Below are positions 23,601 through 35,628 of a DNA stretch of 64,000 nt, in pieces (position 1 is the first letter of the stretch; every line of letters begins with the position of its first letter). The position numbers were made by a program, and so were the translations under genes. This stretch comes from Tubiluchus corallicola (taxonomy: Eukaryota; Animalia; Priapulida): assembly GCA_030141605.1 (NCBI GenBank), contig JAQGDQ010000131.1, forward strand, positions 124,001 to 188,000. The letters run 5' to 3'. The notes under the pieces are model-generated. The model was not told the DNA's origin and made no database searches. It was given only the letters and a program-made list of their open reading frames with translations.

Positions 23601-26600
23601 GTAAACAATGTAATTAGCTGCAACTAGAAACACGCACGCTAAAACACATTTTAAGGTAAAGCCATTGTAATAAAAAGAATTTCTTCTATTTAACACCTCA
23701 ATGAAGTTATCCGTCTGTAATTCAAAAACTCAGAACACACTTTTGTCAGAAATCTTTATAAATTATAACAAACACATAAATATTAAACGTACTCTGCGCT
23801 CGCCTAGCAGTGTGAGTTTGCAAAACATGTAGAGCATGTTCCAATACAGGCTGTTCCTCTTCTTCCGGTAAGAAAGGGTTACTAGGCAAGGCCGGCATAT
23901 TCTGCTGCCATTTTTCCTGCAACTCGGCAATTCCTGCGTAATTAAAAACATGCACTGTAACTAATGTGACAGGCAACATAATGTAAGCCTTCTAAATTCT
24001 TCCTACATACGTGCGCCATCTGTTGAGCGATAACTAAGGCTTTTCCATCAGGCATGTTGTAATCAATTATTCGGTAAAACAAAAGCTGTAATCCTCTCTG
24101 AACTGAACATTCTAATATTATAAAACAGAAAATCTAATGAACAATTATTGTGATAAGTTTGCCAGACAAAACGGTGACAACATGTTTCGTCAATTTTCAA
24201 ATTTCAATCAATTTTAAGACTATGTTTGAAAACCGCAAACAACATACTGATAGGCTATTGTTAATAGGTCATCAATGTGTTTTTATATTATTGTTTCAAC
24301 GTCATCAACAGTATGTATACAAGTGAAACCTATTTAGCTCAGTACCATCATTAAACGAATAAATGAAAACATTCAAGACATTACAAGAAAATTATTAATA
24401 TAACTATATAACAACAACAACAACAACAGCAGCAGCAAGTTTAGTGTAAATATAAATATAAAGAAATGTCTTGAGAGATTTAGCTATTTAAATAATATTG
24501 TTTTTTTTTGGTTATAAGAGACATGGAAAAGTTGCCAGTAAAACAAAATAGTCAGTATTCTCTGACTGAAGGAAAAGCTAAATGACTTTTCAGACCAAAC
24601 CTCATTTTGACCAACTGATGCTTTATTTTGGCCTAAAACATGCAAATTATCACCTATTTCACTACTAAAACATTTGTGATACTCAAACATTAGCTCAAAA
24701 TCTTGATTAATGGCCATTAACCTAGCCCCAGCCTAAAATTACAGGCTGGGTTATGCTTTTAAACTGAATACTGTTTTTCTTTAATGCGTAAACCACTGGT
24801 GTAAATGCTCAGTGACTGAGACATAGACTAGTACCCAGACAACGTATATAACATCCCTTAAGCATGCAGTCACTTAGTGTATTGAAAAACAAATACTGAT
24901 TTGTTTTAACAACAAAATTGGGGGACTAAAATGTATATCACTAAATAAAGTTAATTCTAACAAGCAACTTCTGATCAAACTTTAACTGTAATAGCTGGAT
25001 AAATAACTTAAACACCGAAAAACTGCTGATACACTGAAACTTTGTACGGAAAAATCATAACTAAAAAAAATATTTCAGTATTTTAAAAAAAAATTGTTAT
25101 AATAGAGCATAGTTTAAGATTGGTACTTTTTTATTAACTACTAAATAAAATTTGAAATGGTTTAGCTGTTAAAACTGCTTTGTGCCCAATTTTTTACCGC
25201 AATAAGCTCATTATCACTGAAACACAGATAGCGCAAAGGTTGCACAGAGGTCATTGTAACACAATTTTCCCACAATCCTTTAGACAATGGTAACAATGGA
25301 GATATAAAGACTGTTTCAACCAGCCCTGGTTTCCCTGATTAGTTAGTAACCAATAACAATACCTGGTACAAGCAGTACCCTGAGAGGAACTCGAAGAAGT
25401 TTTATAGGCGAGTTGACTCGTTGTGTTCCTATAGTTATCTTGTAAGCATATCTCACTGCTTGCCCTTTGTATGACGGTGGAGAATCAAAGGGGAGTGTTT
25501 CTCTGTAAATATCTAAAATAACACAGATTAATTCTTAGTGACAATGAATAAAAAATCCTAGACTCAAAAAACAAGGAAAGGGAAGGACATAGCATTTCGA
25601 AATACCACCATAATTCTTTTTCGGGTGAATACAAAAAGACAAAACAAAAAAATCACGAGTAATTACTAGAACTGCTAAGTTAATTTTTATTCATTTTAGT
25701 CATCTGAAAAGAGTGACTACTTCAGCAATAATGATTGGAACAAAAATTCTTGAGATAATGAAAGCACTGGCAATAAAATTGAAATAAATATCTGAAGCAG
25801 ATCATTGGCAGTCCTTTCGCAGTGCTTCTTTTTCTATTTTACTTGCAGAAAAAGTAACATGGGAGTAGATAGGAAAAGTTTTATTTGGTACATTAATAAT
25901 CGTCGGTTATTGCAGAAATGTGATAACCATTATTTCTGTTTGAAGAGTCTGTGTAAAATGTTTACAGAATAATGATCATTTGTGGCTGTCACATGTCCAT
26001 ATCGTGTTAAGACGACAGGTTTGAGTGCAAAATGTACGATACTTTGTTAGGACTTCGCAGTCAAAACAAACACGCAGGCTCAGGCCACTTTCCAAGCTTA
26101 TTTGCACTGCTAACTATTTTAGTATAGCATTTTGGCTTCAACTAATGAGTACAGCAATTAAAAATGTGGTCACTGTTCCATGTTAATGGTATTTTATATG
26201 ACTACATGCACAAAGCCTGCGTACATTTGCAGGAATGACTAACTACATGTATATAATTTATAATACATGTACATGTTATACTTAAGTACTGGTGAAATGA
26301 AAAGAAAATTATCAAAGTCGAGTAAATTACGAAAACTCTCCTAATTAGAATTCAAAATATAGCCAGTAATGACCCAGGCTGCATCACTAAGGCGTGTTTT
26401 AATTTGGAAATAAACAGTAAACTTTAATTTCGTATTTTGACGCCAGCTCTTTTCTAATTACATTTGCTAAGTATAAATTGCCTCTAGATCACTATAATCA
26501 ACTTAATACTATTTGTTAGTTTAGAGAATTTTAGTTCCCCCTCCCAGTTTGGTTAAATGTTTCACTGCACGATAAAACATGTTAATCGGAGTGAAGCTAG

Positions 26601-29600
26601 ATGCATAGATTCCTGTACGTTTGTGGATTTCATCGATACAGTTTGAACGGTACAACTTGAGTCTGACTGGTTTTAACTACATTTTATGTTTTACCTGATT
26701 TTCGGTTAGCTGATGTTCGAAAAGCTAATGATCTTTATGTGATGGTGGACAATGTCCACTCGTTGGGTTTCCATGGCTTTGCTAATCTTACCATGCTGAT
26801 AGAATGACATTTTGGATTCTGTGAGAGTACCATCGAATGGTACAGCTCCATTCATACATCTACTTTTGATAGATTCACGTTAAAACGTTGGGCGAAAAGA
26901 CTACGTTTCCCTCAAACTTTTCGCGTCGTTACTATGGGAGTCGTGAGCTCATTAGATGAAGTCTGAACCATACATTTGTTGCTCTAAATGACTATGACCA
27001 TGAACTACGCCTATCTGTTGAAGATACTATGTTAGCTTACGTGTTTTGTGGTGGCTGGTAGAATAGTTAGGAACTTCTTTAAAGTAGTTAGGAACACTGT
27101 ACAATTTTTGTGTGTTTTGTCTTTGCATTAGTTTTTACGTCATACTGTTTAATAAAGTTCTCAGATTAAGCTTTGCTTATTACTAATTTTCATTGTTTGC
27201 AAATGGCTAAATTTTACGACAGTTTGTCATTTTTATTGTGTCATTAAACTTAATATTTTGTTACTTAATTGACTGGTTACAGTTTGATTTCAGAGGTATA
27301 GATGAAGTCTGTTTTTTATCTATCACAGCACAAAAGAATACACGCTATTTAGGTAGAGCCACCTTAGAGATTGCTTACGCTCAGCTACTGTCTGTTTCTA
27401 TTAGTGGGTGGTCGGTTAGTACCCCTAGCTCGGCCAAGGAACTGATCGAACTTAGCAGCGTTTACCATTAATTGGCCCCTAGGGTCTGTTTCCCAATGCA
27501 CGGGCCATTACAGCCAAATACCAAAAGAATTTTACTGCCTGTAAACCATACACAGAAGATAGTTTAATTTTTACACAAGTAACACAGTTTGTGCTAAGAC
27601 ATCACAAGCACTTCTGTAAGACGTTTGTAGACATAACACGGAGGTTGGGTAAATAAAGAGCAAGTTCTTATTTTCTAGTAATAAAATTATATTCGTAAGT
27701 TTTTCCAAAGCAGTCACACAATTTACACAACCACTAGTAAAACTCTTTAAGTGTAAAAATGAACACTTACATGTTTTTGACTCTCCAAGCTTTAGATGTA
27801 AATCACAGAAGAGTATCTTTGGCACGGTGGAAAGAGCGCACATGCCTCGCTCACCTGCAATAAAACAGGTTGCTGTTGGACAGCAATAGAAGTCAATGTT
27901 TAGATGGTTAGTAGACTAACGCCAAGCAAGACGTGCAACACAAATGTTACTAAGCTAGTAAGAAACGGTGCACATGCAATACCTTGAGGATATTATACAA
28001 GTGTTAGTTTTCAGCTTAAAAAATAATAATGGTATTATTTTCTATTTTTTACTTGAAAACAAGAAAAGAACAAAGTCAACTATCAGATTTCTTTATTTTT
28101 TGGTGAGCTGGTCAAAAACAATATGTGGCTTGACTTGACATGCTGTAGTGTTGACAGATAGATAATTGTCACGTGTAATGCTAATAGTACTAAACTAACA
28201 ATTCTGACTCCAGATTGAATATTAGTAAATATTGCTTTTATGCAATTACATTATTAAAAAAGAAACGTTATTACATATAAATGACCAAAAAAAATACTGA
28301 GCAATTGCAGTACATGCAATGTGCAAAAAGTTTAATCTTATACAATAACGCAAATGATCATGCATGATCTAAAGATAAAACACCTGTTAACTAAGTTACA
28401 TTGCAAGTAGGTGGCTAAAATGCCTAAGACTGAAAGATTCAGAAAGTGCAAATTTGTTTAGCTAGCAAAACAGATGCCAGTTAGAAATACATATCTACTC
28501 CTTTGCTGATTACATTGTTAATAAAAACAAGTCAATACAGGCATGTATTTAGGAAAAAAGATTTAGAAAATGCATTCAGAAAATCTGCTGACTGTGCAAC
28601 TAAACACAACACTTAGGCATGTGCACCATTCATCACGGTAACTCAACAACTTTATTAGTAAGCACATTTAAACACAATCAGGCTAAAACAAACACCTAGC
28701 CATTAAACAAACAAAATGAAATAGGGTTTTTAAATGAGCCCTGTATTACCATTGAATTTAGAGTAAAAGCTAAAATACAGGGTCTACCAGAAAAAATGTT
28801 TCCCAAACTAACTAGTAGCCCTTCATCCTGGCAGAGGCATTTGTAAAAGAAACAAACATCATCTTTGTAACACAGTTTCTCCTCTTTCTAAGGCGTTGTA
28901 AATTTTGTTTCATAACCCACCAAAGGAAACTAGGACATTTTTCTACATGGTGGTTCTCTAGAAATGGTAAGTGAAAACCACCCAGAGACCTGAATGCCAT
29001 GTAGAAAAACATTTTAGTAGTGTTAGATGGGGTCTCGAAATTTATAGGTCATATAGATGGTGTTGGTCTCTTTTACAAATGCCTCTACCAGGAATAAGGG
29101 TTACATTTTTTGGATGACCCTGTATATCCCAATAGCTACCCTGCAAAAGGTCACAGCTTAAATATAATATTTTCACCCTGTAAGATGCGTCAACATACAA
29201 GATGTGCATACCTATTTCTGTAATAAAAATATAAATACAATAATTGGGACTTGGACTTTCCCATTCTTGATTTCTTTTGTAAACAGGCAAAAATTAATAT
29301 CCTGTAGTTCATTATTTGGTAACCAATAGCTACGAACAACCATCTTAAAAAAGATTTTGAACCACTGTGATACTACCACTATTAAACAGGGTCTCTGTAT
29401 TTAGAAAACATTCCTAAGTAATCCACTGCAAACTTACAAATGTTATCAACTACAAGAAGACATAGAAACAGGTCAACATACAATCAATCTAATTGTTCAC
29501 ATGTCCTTTTTTCATTCAACCAGGAACGATACGCTTTTTAATTATCCCAATCACGACAGATAAGCATATCTATCATTGCCAGTCATAGTAGAAACCTGCA

Positions 29601-32600
29601 TGATCTTTCATGTACTTTAGTAAAGATAGGTTGCAAGAAGCTGATTAAAAAGTAAGCGATTGTAACCTATTACTTGCAATTACAAACATCATTAAAGGCC
29701 AAAAAATCGTAAAGTTCATATTACAGACATTTTGATCTTAAAAGCTGTATGCTGTTGTTTATGGTAAGGATATTGCTGACAAACTTATTATTATTACAGT
29801 AGGTGCCGCTTAATAGACTCACATATTATTATTACAGTAGGTGCCGCTTAATAGACTCACTTTGGGACTGAAGTGTTTTGACCCAATTAACCAACTGAAT
29901 CTATTAACCAATAGATGCAGTATTACTGGTATAAAAGTATGAATCATCAGCTTAGTATGCAGTAAGGTTCTTAACAAATTTTAGAAATGAGGTAATGCCT
30001 AAACTCCTTTGTACAGTAAATTTTTTTAAATATTTTAAAATATTAATTTATATATGTGACTTAATAATAAAATAAAAAGCATACTTTTCTAAATTACACA
30101 AGTCTGTTTATTTGCAAAAATTACAAAAATTCCTTCAAAGTGTGCTGCTTCATTTTCTAGTGACAAAGTTGGCTCGCAAAGTTCTCATAATTATAAAAAT
30201 GATGAAAATCTGTTGCTGTGTGACACAGGTATTCTCATAAAACATTTAGTACTTGGAGTGCTTGAGCTGCAGTTGACGGTGTCCTTGTTCCCTCGCAAGT
30301 GGTTTTGTCATCATCTGTAAGCACGTCTTGGCTCCAACTTGCTATGGTAATGATTCGTCATCAGATATTTTTGCGATGTGATCTGAACCAAAACGATTTC
30401 CACCCAGGTTTCAAATTTGCTGCTGCTCACATCATATGGTGATAGGCCTATCTCTTGCAAAGTAGTAAGAATTTTGGTATCAGTTTTCTTCACGCAAGTG
30501 AATCGGGCATGACTGAAACAGTTCTAAATTATGTGTTCACTGACACTACTCCATGATATACCCAATAAATGTAGTGCGTTGAAATTGATTAGCAGCATCG
30601 TCCGAATCCATTGCTTCTAAAACTGTTCAATTTCAGGTCGTTTTTTTCAAAATTCCGCTGAAAGTAGTATGGGAAATTTTCAACTGTACTGCCCCATTTT
30701 CGGAAGTTTACCGTACTGCTCTAAAATTTCCAGTTTTTCATTAACTGTTAGATCTTTATGCTCATGCTCCATTTTTCAAACTTCTTAGCTCCATGCTCTT
30801 ATTTGCTCTATCATGTTTACTCTCTTGTAAGTCATAAGGAATACTGGGTCATTACTGTACCTGTATCCTTGACCGTTAATTGATTAAGCATGAAAACATG
30901 ATTTTCAATGAGAGTTTCAAAAGAAAACCACTAGACAAGTAATTAAATGTTTAGCTTGCATAAATTCTTGGGTAACAGATTAATTGCTGGGGGCAAGCGA
31001 GTAACTGATTCAAAGCAAAACCGCTTCGCCAGCATATTAGCACATGATAAACACCCCTGCTTACAAACAAAATAGTACTTAACATGATTGTTTCTATGTA
31101 TATAATAGTGCGCAAAAGTGAACTAAGATGATATAAAAGTCATAAAAGCTCATTGGTTCCACAAAAGTGTCTTGGTTAAGCACATGAAGTAAAAATATTG
31201 AGTCAATTATGCGGAATTATTTGAATTAATTGCCGGCAGTTTTTTAAGAAGATCTGAATAGGAGCGGCCCGTATCAGGCATTTTTGAGTCATTTAAGCAA
31301 ATGAGTCTATTAAATGTGAATCTAATAAATGGCACTTTCTGTATTTATTTTATTTAAGACATTTACAGTCCATAAAACAAGAACAAAAGTAAGGCACAAG
31401 TAAAAGTCAGAGTTGTTTACAGAGAAAGTGTTTTGCTTTGCAAAATTAGATAATTACATAAATGCAAAAAATCATTTTACAGATTTCACCCTACCTCTAT
31501 TTGGCACAAAAGAAGTACTAACGCCAGCACTAGGTGCAAGTTCAGCTTCAGTTGGTACGGGAGATTTCGGAAGCTTAACGCGCGTCTCACTGACCAAACA
31601 CTGACAGTGAATCTGAGCGCTAGCCCATGCCAGAACTTCATACGCATCACTACAAAAACAAAAATAAGAAGTTTATTGACTTTCCTTTTAAGGCCTTTCT
31701 AAAAATTAGGCTTGAGATAAAATAGAAAACCAATGCCTGCAGCAACACTGCATATAATCATTTTTTAGATGCACTGCACTTATCTTTGTGAAGGCATCCC
31801 AAACCAGTGAGAAACATCATTTTAAATTGCACTGTCATTAAACTCCATTTTCAGTGAAATGATTATTAGGTAAAACCAATAGTTACTCACAAAACAGGTA
31901 TTGACCTGATCAGTGCACAGCTCAGTCAAGAGTGAATTACCTATGGATTTACGAGGTACAGAAGCTGTCAAATTTTATTTTTTCAACTAGCCAAAAATTA
32001 TGATGTCAGAAGTGGTAATTCTATAATAGTTAATGCTTTTGTGATTTCCATGGCTTACTCGAAAGTTTAGGATAGACAATTAGATCTTATTACCAAATGC
32101 AATCTTTCCATTTATCAGTGATCGATCCTATCACAATCCAGACACAAGACGGACCTGCATGTTCAAGCGCTGCACCCCTACAGGCAAGATGTGTAAGTGC
32201 ACTAGCTATCGCAGCAACCACCATTCACGAATGAATTTACAAAAACATGCGGTGACTTAAAGCTAACTGCTTAATAAATGGAAGATAATAAGAATTATAA
32301 AAAATTTTGATTAGTTAAGTGGATATCGTGGTCGTAAAGTGTATCAGTTATAAGTTACATAGGGCACAAGGAGCCATAAGTCAGCAACCTGTAATATATT
32401 TAACAATGTATGCAGCATGGTGCTGTCAACTATTAAAAATTTGTTGTTAAATAAACTAACAGTAATAAATGGAATTACAAAAACCAGTAATATACAGCAG
32501 GTAACACAAATTTGGTATAACAAAAGTGTTAACATTACCTGCTTGAGCGACTTTTTGTATTAGTGTTGTTGGGATACGTAAAAGTCAGGCTACATTCAAT

Positions 32601-32660
32601 AGTTTCTCCTGCCAGGAATACTGATCCGCGTAAAAGATTCGCTTTTACTTCAATCATCAT
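20684..32660 (-). CDS. RGP1: RGP1 homolog (RIC1-RGP1 Rab6 GEF complex subunit), 8 coding exons, 394 aa
   Basis: Exons (minus strand): 32539-32660, 31495-31649, 27771-27854, 25363-25512, 23793-23933, 22717-22844, 21081-21258, 20684-20910. GT-AG, total 1185 nt. Motifs [87 protein letters not shown] and WDLPVK match RGP1. Confidence 0.96.
28778..29122. mobile_element. Tc1/mariner-type MITE in RGP1 intron 2
   Basis: TA-CAGGGTCTACCAGAAAAAATGTTTCCC ... GGGTTACATTTTTTGGATGACCCTG-TA: imperfect TIRs flanked by TA. Confidence 0.7.
29797..31341 (-). mobile_element. Internally deleted Tigger/pogo DNA transposon
   Basis: TIR TA-CAGTAGGTGCCGCTTAATAGACTCAC (present twice, at 29797 and 29835) versus GTGAATCTAATAAATGGCACTTTCTG-TA (ending 31341). 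Minus-strand remnants [28 protein letters not shown] (CENP-B/psq HTH-like, ~30690-30772) and [25 protein letters not shown] (end of DDE_1, ~30500-30580). Confidence 0.75.
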
Positions 32661-32844
32661 TAACTAAAACAGGTAAAAAATTTCACTTAACAATCTTATG
32701 TCTTATTATCAAAACCACACGCATTTGGAACACATATTTTGTTTTCTAGTTATGCGTTTATAGATACGTGCGTACAGAAGTTATGTATTTCTGTCCATCA
32801 GATAGATACTGATACACAAATGTATGTCATGTTTTCTGGAGGTC

Positions 32845-33620
32845 AAAAGTGGTGTTTCTCAGGAGGTCAGTTCTTGTCCTCTGCTCTTTGTGTTCCTTAT
32901 CATTGATACTGAGGCACAAAAATATACATGCCCTTGATGCTACCGAGTTGCAAAATGACTTAGATCAGTTATGCGGGTGCAGCATGGATTGGCAGACAAC
33001 AGGCTGGTGCCAGTTAGAGAAGAAAAACACTTGGATGTTTTAATTACTGATGACTTGAAATCTGAAAGCCAGTATGCTGAGGTGGCAAAGAGTGCTAACC
33101 AAACTTTAGGAATGATAAAAAGCCAGTTTGTATCTAGAAATATTACAAAATTGTAAAAATTTGGTAGCACCAAATGTTGGAGTATTGTGCACAGGCATGG
33201 AATCCACGTTATTGAAAATGATATTTTCTTCAAAACGTGCAATGAAGAGTGACCAACATGATTGAATGTATGAAGAAAATATCATATCATGAAAGGCTAA
33301 GAAAATGTTCACTTACAACCTTGAAATAGAGGAGACATACAAGAGACTCGATGCAAATTATAAGTTATGCATGGTCAGGTGGCATAAGAAAGAAAGGATA
33401 TTTACACTGGTAAATGAAAACAGGACCAGGATGCCGTCTTAGAATCTATAAATATATTAGACTGGACAAAGATTAGACTGCACAAAATACTCTTTTAGGA
33501 AAAAAGTGGTTAGAGAGTGCAATTTACTCCCATTTGATATCGTTAAAGCTTCTTCAGTGAATAAATTCAAGAATAAGCTGGACTGATACTTAGATGTGAA
33601 ATATGAGGTTACAATATGTT
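32845..33620 (+). mobile_element. Decayed CR1/L2-clade LINE, RT C-terminal half, in the RGP1 5'UTR intron
   Basis: Frameshifted remnants of (G)V(P)Q(G)SVL(G)PLL, LQNDLDQL, EKHLDVLITDDLKSESQYAEVAKSANQTLGMIKSQF, LEYCAQAWNP, SYHERLR and SSVNKFKNKLD. Confidence 0.85.
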
Positions 33621-33749
33621 TACTTGATTAAACTGTAACACTCTTAAATTTTAAGAGTATCAGTATGGTATGGAACCTGAACATACTATAAATACATGCG
33701 TTTTCTGAAATAAACTGTTTTCTAAACTGGCTAATTTACTAGGCAGGAT

Positions 33750-33890
33750 GTAAGTGAAGCATTCAAGATCATAAAACACATTGATGACGCAGACCACCGC
33801 AACGAGTTTACACTGAAAGACAACGTTGTTCAGTAATTAGCGATCAGATTCTTCAACAACAGAATAGTAGATACATGGAATATGCTGCGG
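33750..33890 (+). mobile_element. Second short CR1/L2-type LINE 3' fragment
   Basis: Translates EAFKIIKHID ... RFFNNRIVDTWNML, typical of the ORF2 end of CR1/L2 elements. Confidence 0.6.
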
Positions 33891-34019
33891 ATAGTTTGCA
33901 GTTTAGGCGGTTCTTTTTTAATGCGTTCGCAGATTGCCCAAATCAAAAATATTGCTGAAACCAGTGCGACAATAGAAAGATGCATCCTTTATCTGCACAC
34001 TCATGTAAAGCAAATAACG

Positions 34020-34220
34020 ATCTACCTCATAATTAAAAAATAATAATTCTTTTAAAAGTTGGTGTCAGTGTCGCGAAAGCAAACGAAGACTGTGCATTTT
34101 ACCAAAATATTTTCATTTTCGACGTTCCGGAAAGCGATTATTTTTATCTACCACTGTGGGCCACAGCACAGAAACAAACAGCGGTTTAGTGAAAAAGTGT
34201 GAACTTACTGGAAAGTAAAA
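34020..34220. promoter_or_regulatory. Probable bidirectional promoter between RGP1 (-) and the small ORF/UBE2Q locus (+)
   Basis: Locally CpG-richer. Contains GTCGCGAAA (~34070) and the ETS-like core TTCCGGAA (~34125). A minus-strand donor GAG|GTAGAT near 34025 fits the RGP1 acceptor 3 nt before its ATG. Inferred; no transcript data. Confidence 0.4.
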
Positions 34221-35206
34221 AAGACTATCGCACGACTTCTGACTTCTCAACCTTTTGTGGATTCTCTGTTTACTCACCAGTGTCGCCTTCTATCAGGGCT
34301 ATTTTGTAACTTTTGTTTCTTTTTCGAAACAGTCTGAGGCATCACAAAATTCGCAATTGATCATCATGAAACTTTGCATCAATACAACAGAACAAACTCT
34401 GTATCGATTGACAGAGTCAGGTGTTTCATTTGCTACCTTAATCAGACTTGATTTATTTTTTTTGTGATAGGATTAGGGAAACGCAAGAATTCCATGACAG
34501 ATGTAGTAGCATGTACACATGTGTTGGTAGGTAGTCGCATGTAGGCGTCATAGACAGTTGTAGCTGTCTGTAAATAGGTTTCAAAACTATTTTTAAAAAC
34601 ATATATATATGTAGCTGCAGACAGCTACAACTGTCTATGACATCTATATATATATATATATATACACATAATATTATACAATAAACAGTGAAATAAACTG
34701 TTGACAGATTTAAAACTGCCATAGCATTATTTATAAAAGGGGTGGAAGAAACAAATTTGCATTGTTACTATTGTAGTACAGTACATCTCTCGAAAAGAGA
34801 ACTTGGAAAGGAGGAATGCATCTAGTCACTCAGTTTCATGCACTATAATTGAAGGACCACCCATCACAGTTAGTCTGGACATGCTTTTGCAATCGAAGAA
34901 TGGTTGTAGCCATGTACGTGAATTAATTTGCTGTTTATTTTACTAGACAAAATTACCACGTTTTGTCCCACCTAAACTACAGACTATTCGTGACGTCCGG
35001 GCCTCATTGAACGTGACTAATATTATGTAATAAGACTCAGATAAGTTCTAAATTTATTCGACAGTATTTCTCACAAAAACTTCACACAATCAACTGCAAA
35101 CGCAGCACACGTGTCATGTTTTTTTCGACGTTTTCGCCCTCTTGTGTCGAAATACAAAACCTATTTTGTAAACAGGTTCAGACTTGTACAGCACGCTAGT
35201 AACGAT

Positions 35207-35518
35207 ATGGCAGAGGAAAATCACGTGAATTGTGATTCAAGTCAAAGTTCACTTGAAAACAGTGATGTAATACAAGATTCAAATGTTAGTGTTGACTCAG
35301 AGGATCATAAAAACGAGGATATGGATGATTTTACGAAAAACTTAACCCAGACAGATCGATTAAACAAGACGCTTCTTGACTCGTTTTTGAAGAACTTTAA
35401 TAACGATCCAGAAAAATGGGGCATGCCAGATCACAATAATACTGTGGATATTGTGAATAATCTGAATGAAACGACTGATGACAGTGAATGGGATGACAGC
35501 ATTGACAATAATATCTAA
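35207..35518 (+). CDS. Small acidic uncharacterised protein, 103 aa, intronless
   Basis: Acceptor ctattttgtaaacag (ending 35175), then an ATG in strong context (gatATGG). Asp/Asn/Ser-rich, with one helical-looking core LTQTDRLNKTLLDSFLKNF and a C-terminal DDSEWDD. Confidence 0.65.
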   Translation: MAEENHVNCDSSQSSLENSDVIQDSNVSVDSEDHKNEDMDDFTKNLTQTDRLNKTLLDSFLKNFNNDPEKWGMPDHNNTVDIVNNLNETTDDSEWDDSIDNNI

Positions 35519-35628
35519 TGGCATGTTGTGTTAGTCGAATAATCTATATGGGATTTTAGACGTGATTCCTGAATCGAGTTATTGTAGCCGAGACAGTCTA
35601 TCGTGGATGTTTTGCAAGCCGTCTCAGT

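Noticed and set aside
26400-27160. Possible decayed retroelement 3' end in RGP1 intron 3
   Set aside because: The composition and terminal AATAAA are suggestive, but I found no recognisable protein motif.
35111-35206. 32-aa N-terminal extension of the small ORF shown in the ORF track
   Set aside because: It starts at GTG and crosses a splice acceptor at 35175; ATG 35207 is the better start.
35518-35628. TAATG stop-start giving a direct N-terminal extension of the E2
   Set aside because: The ATG is in frame with the E2, but TAG (35557) and TGA (35563) intervene.
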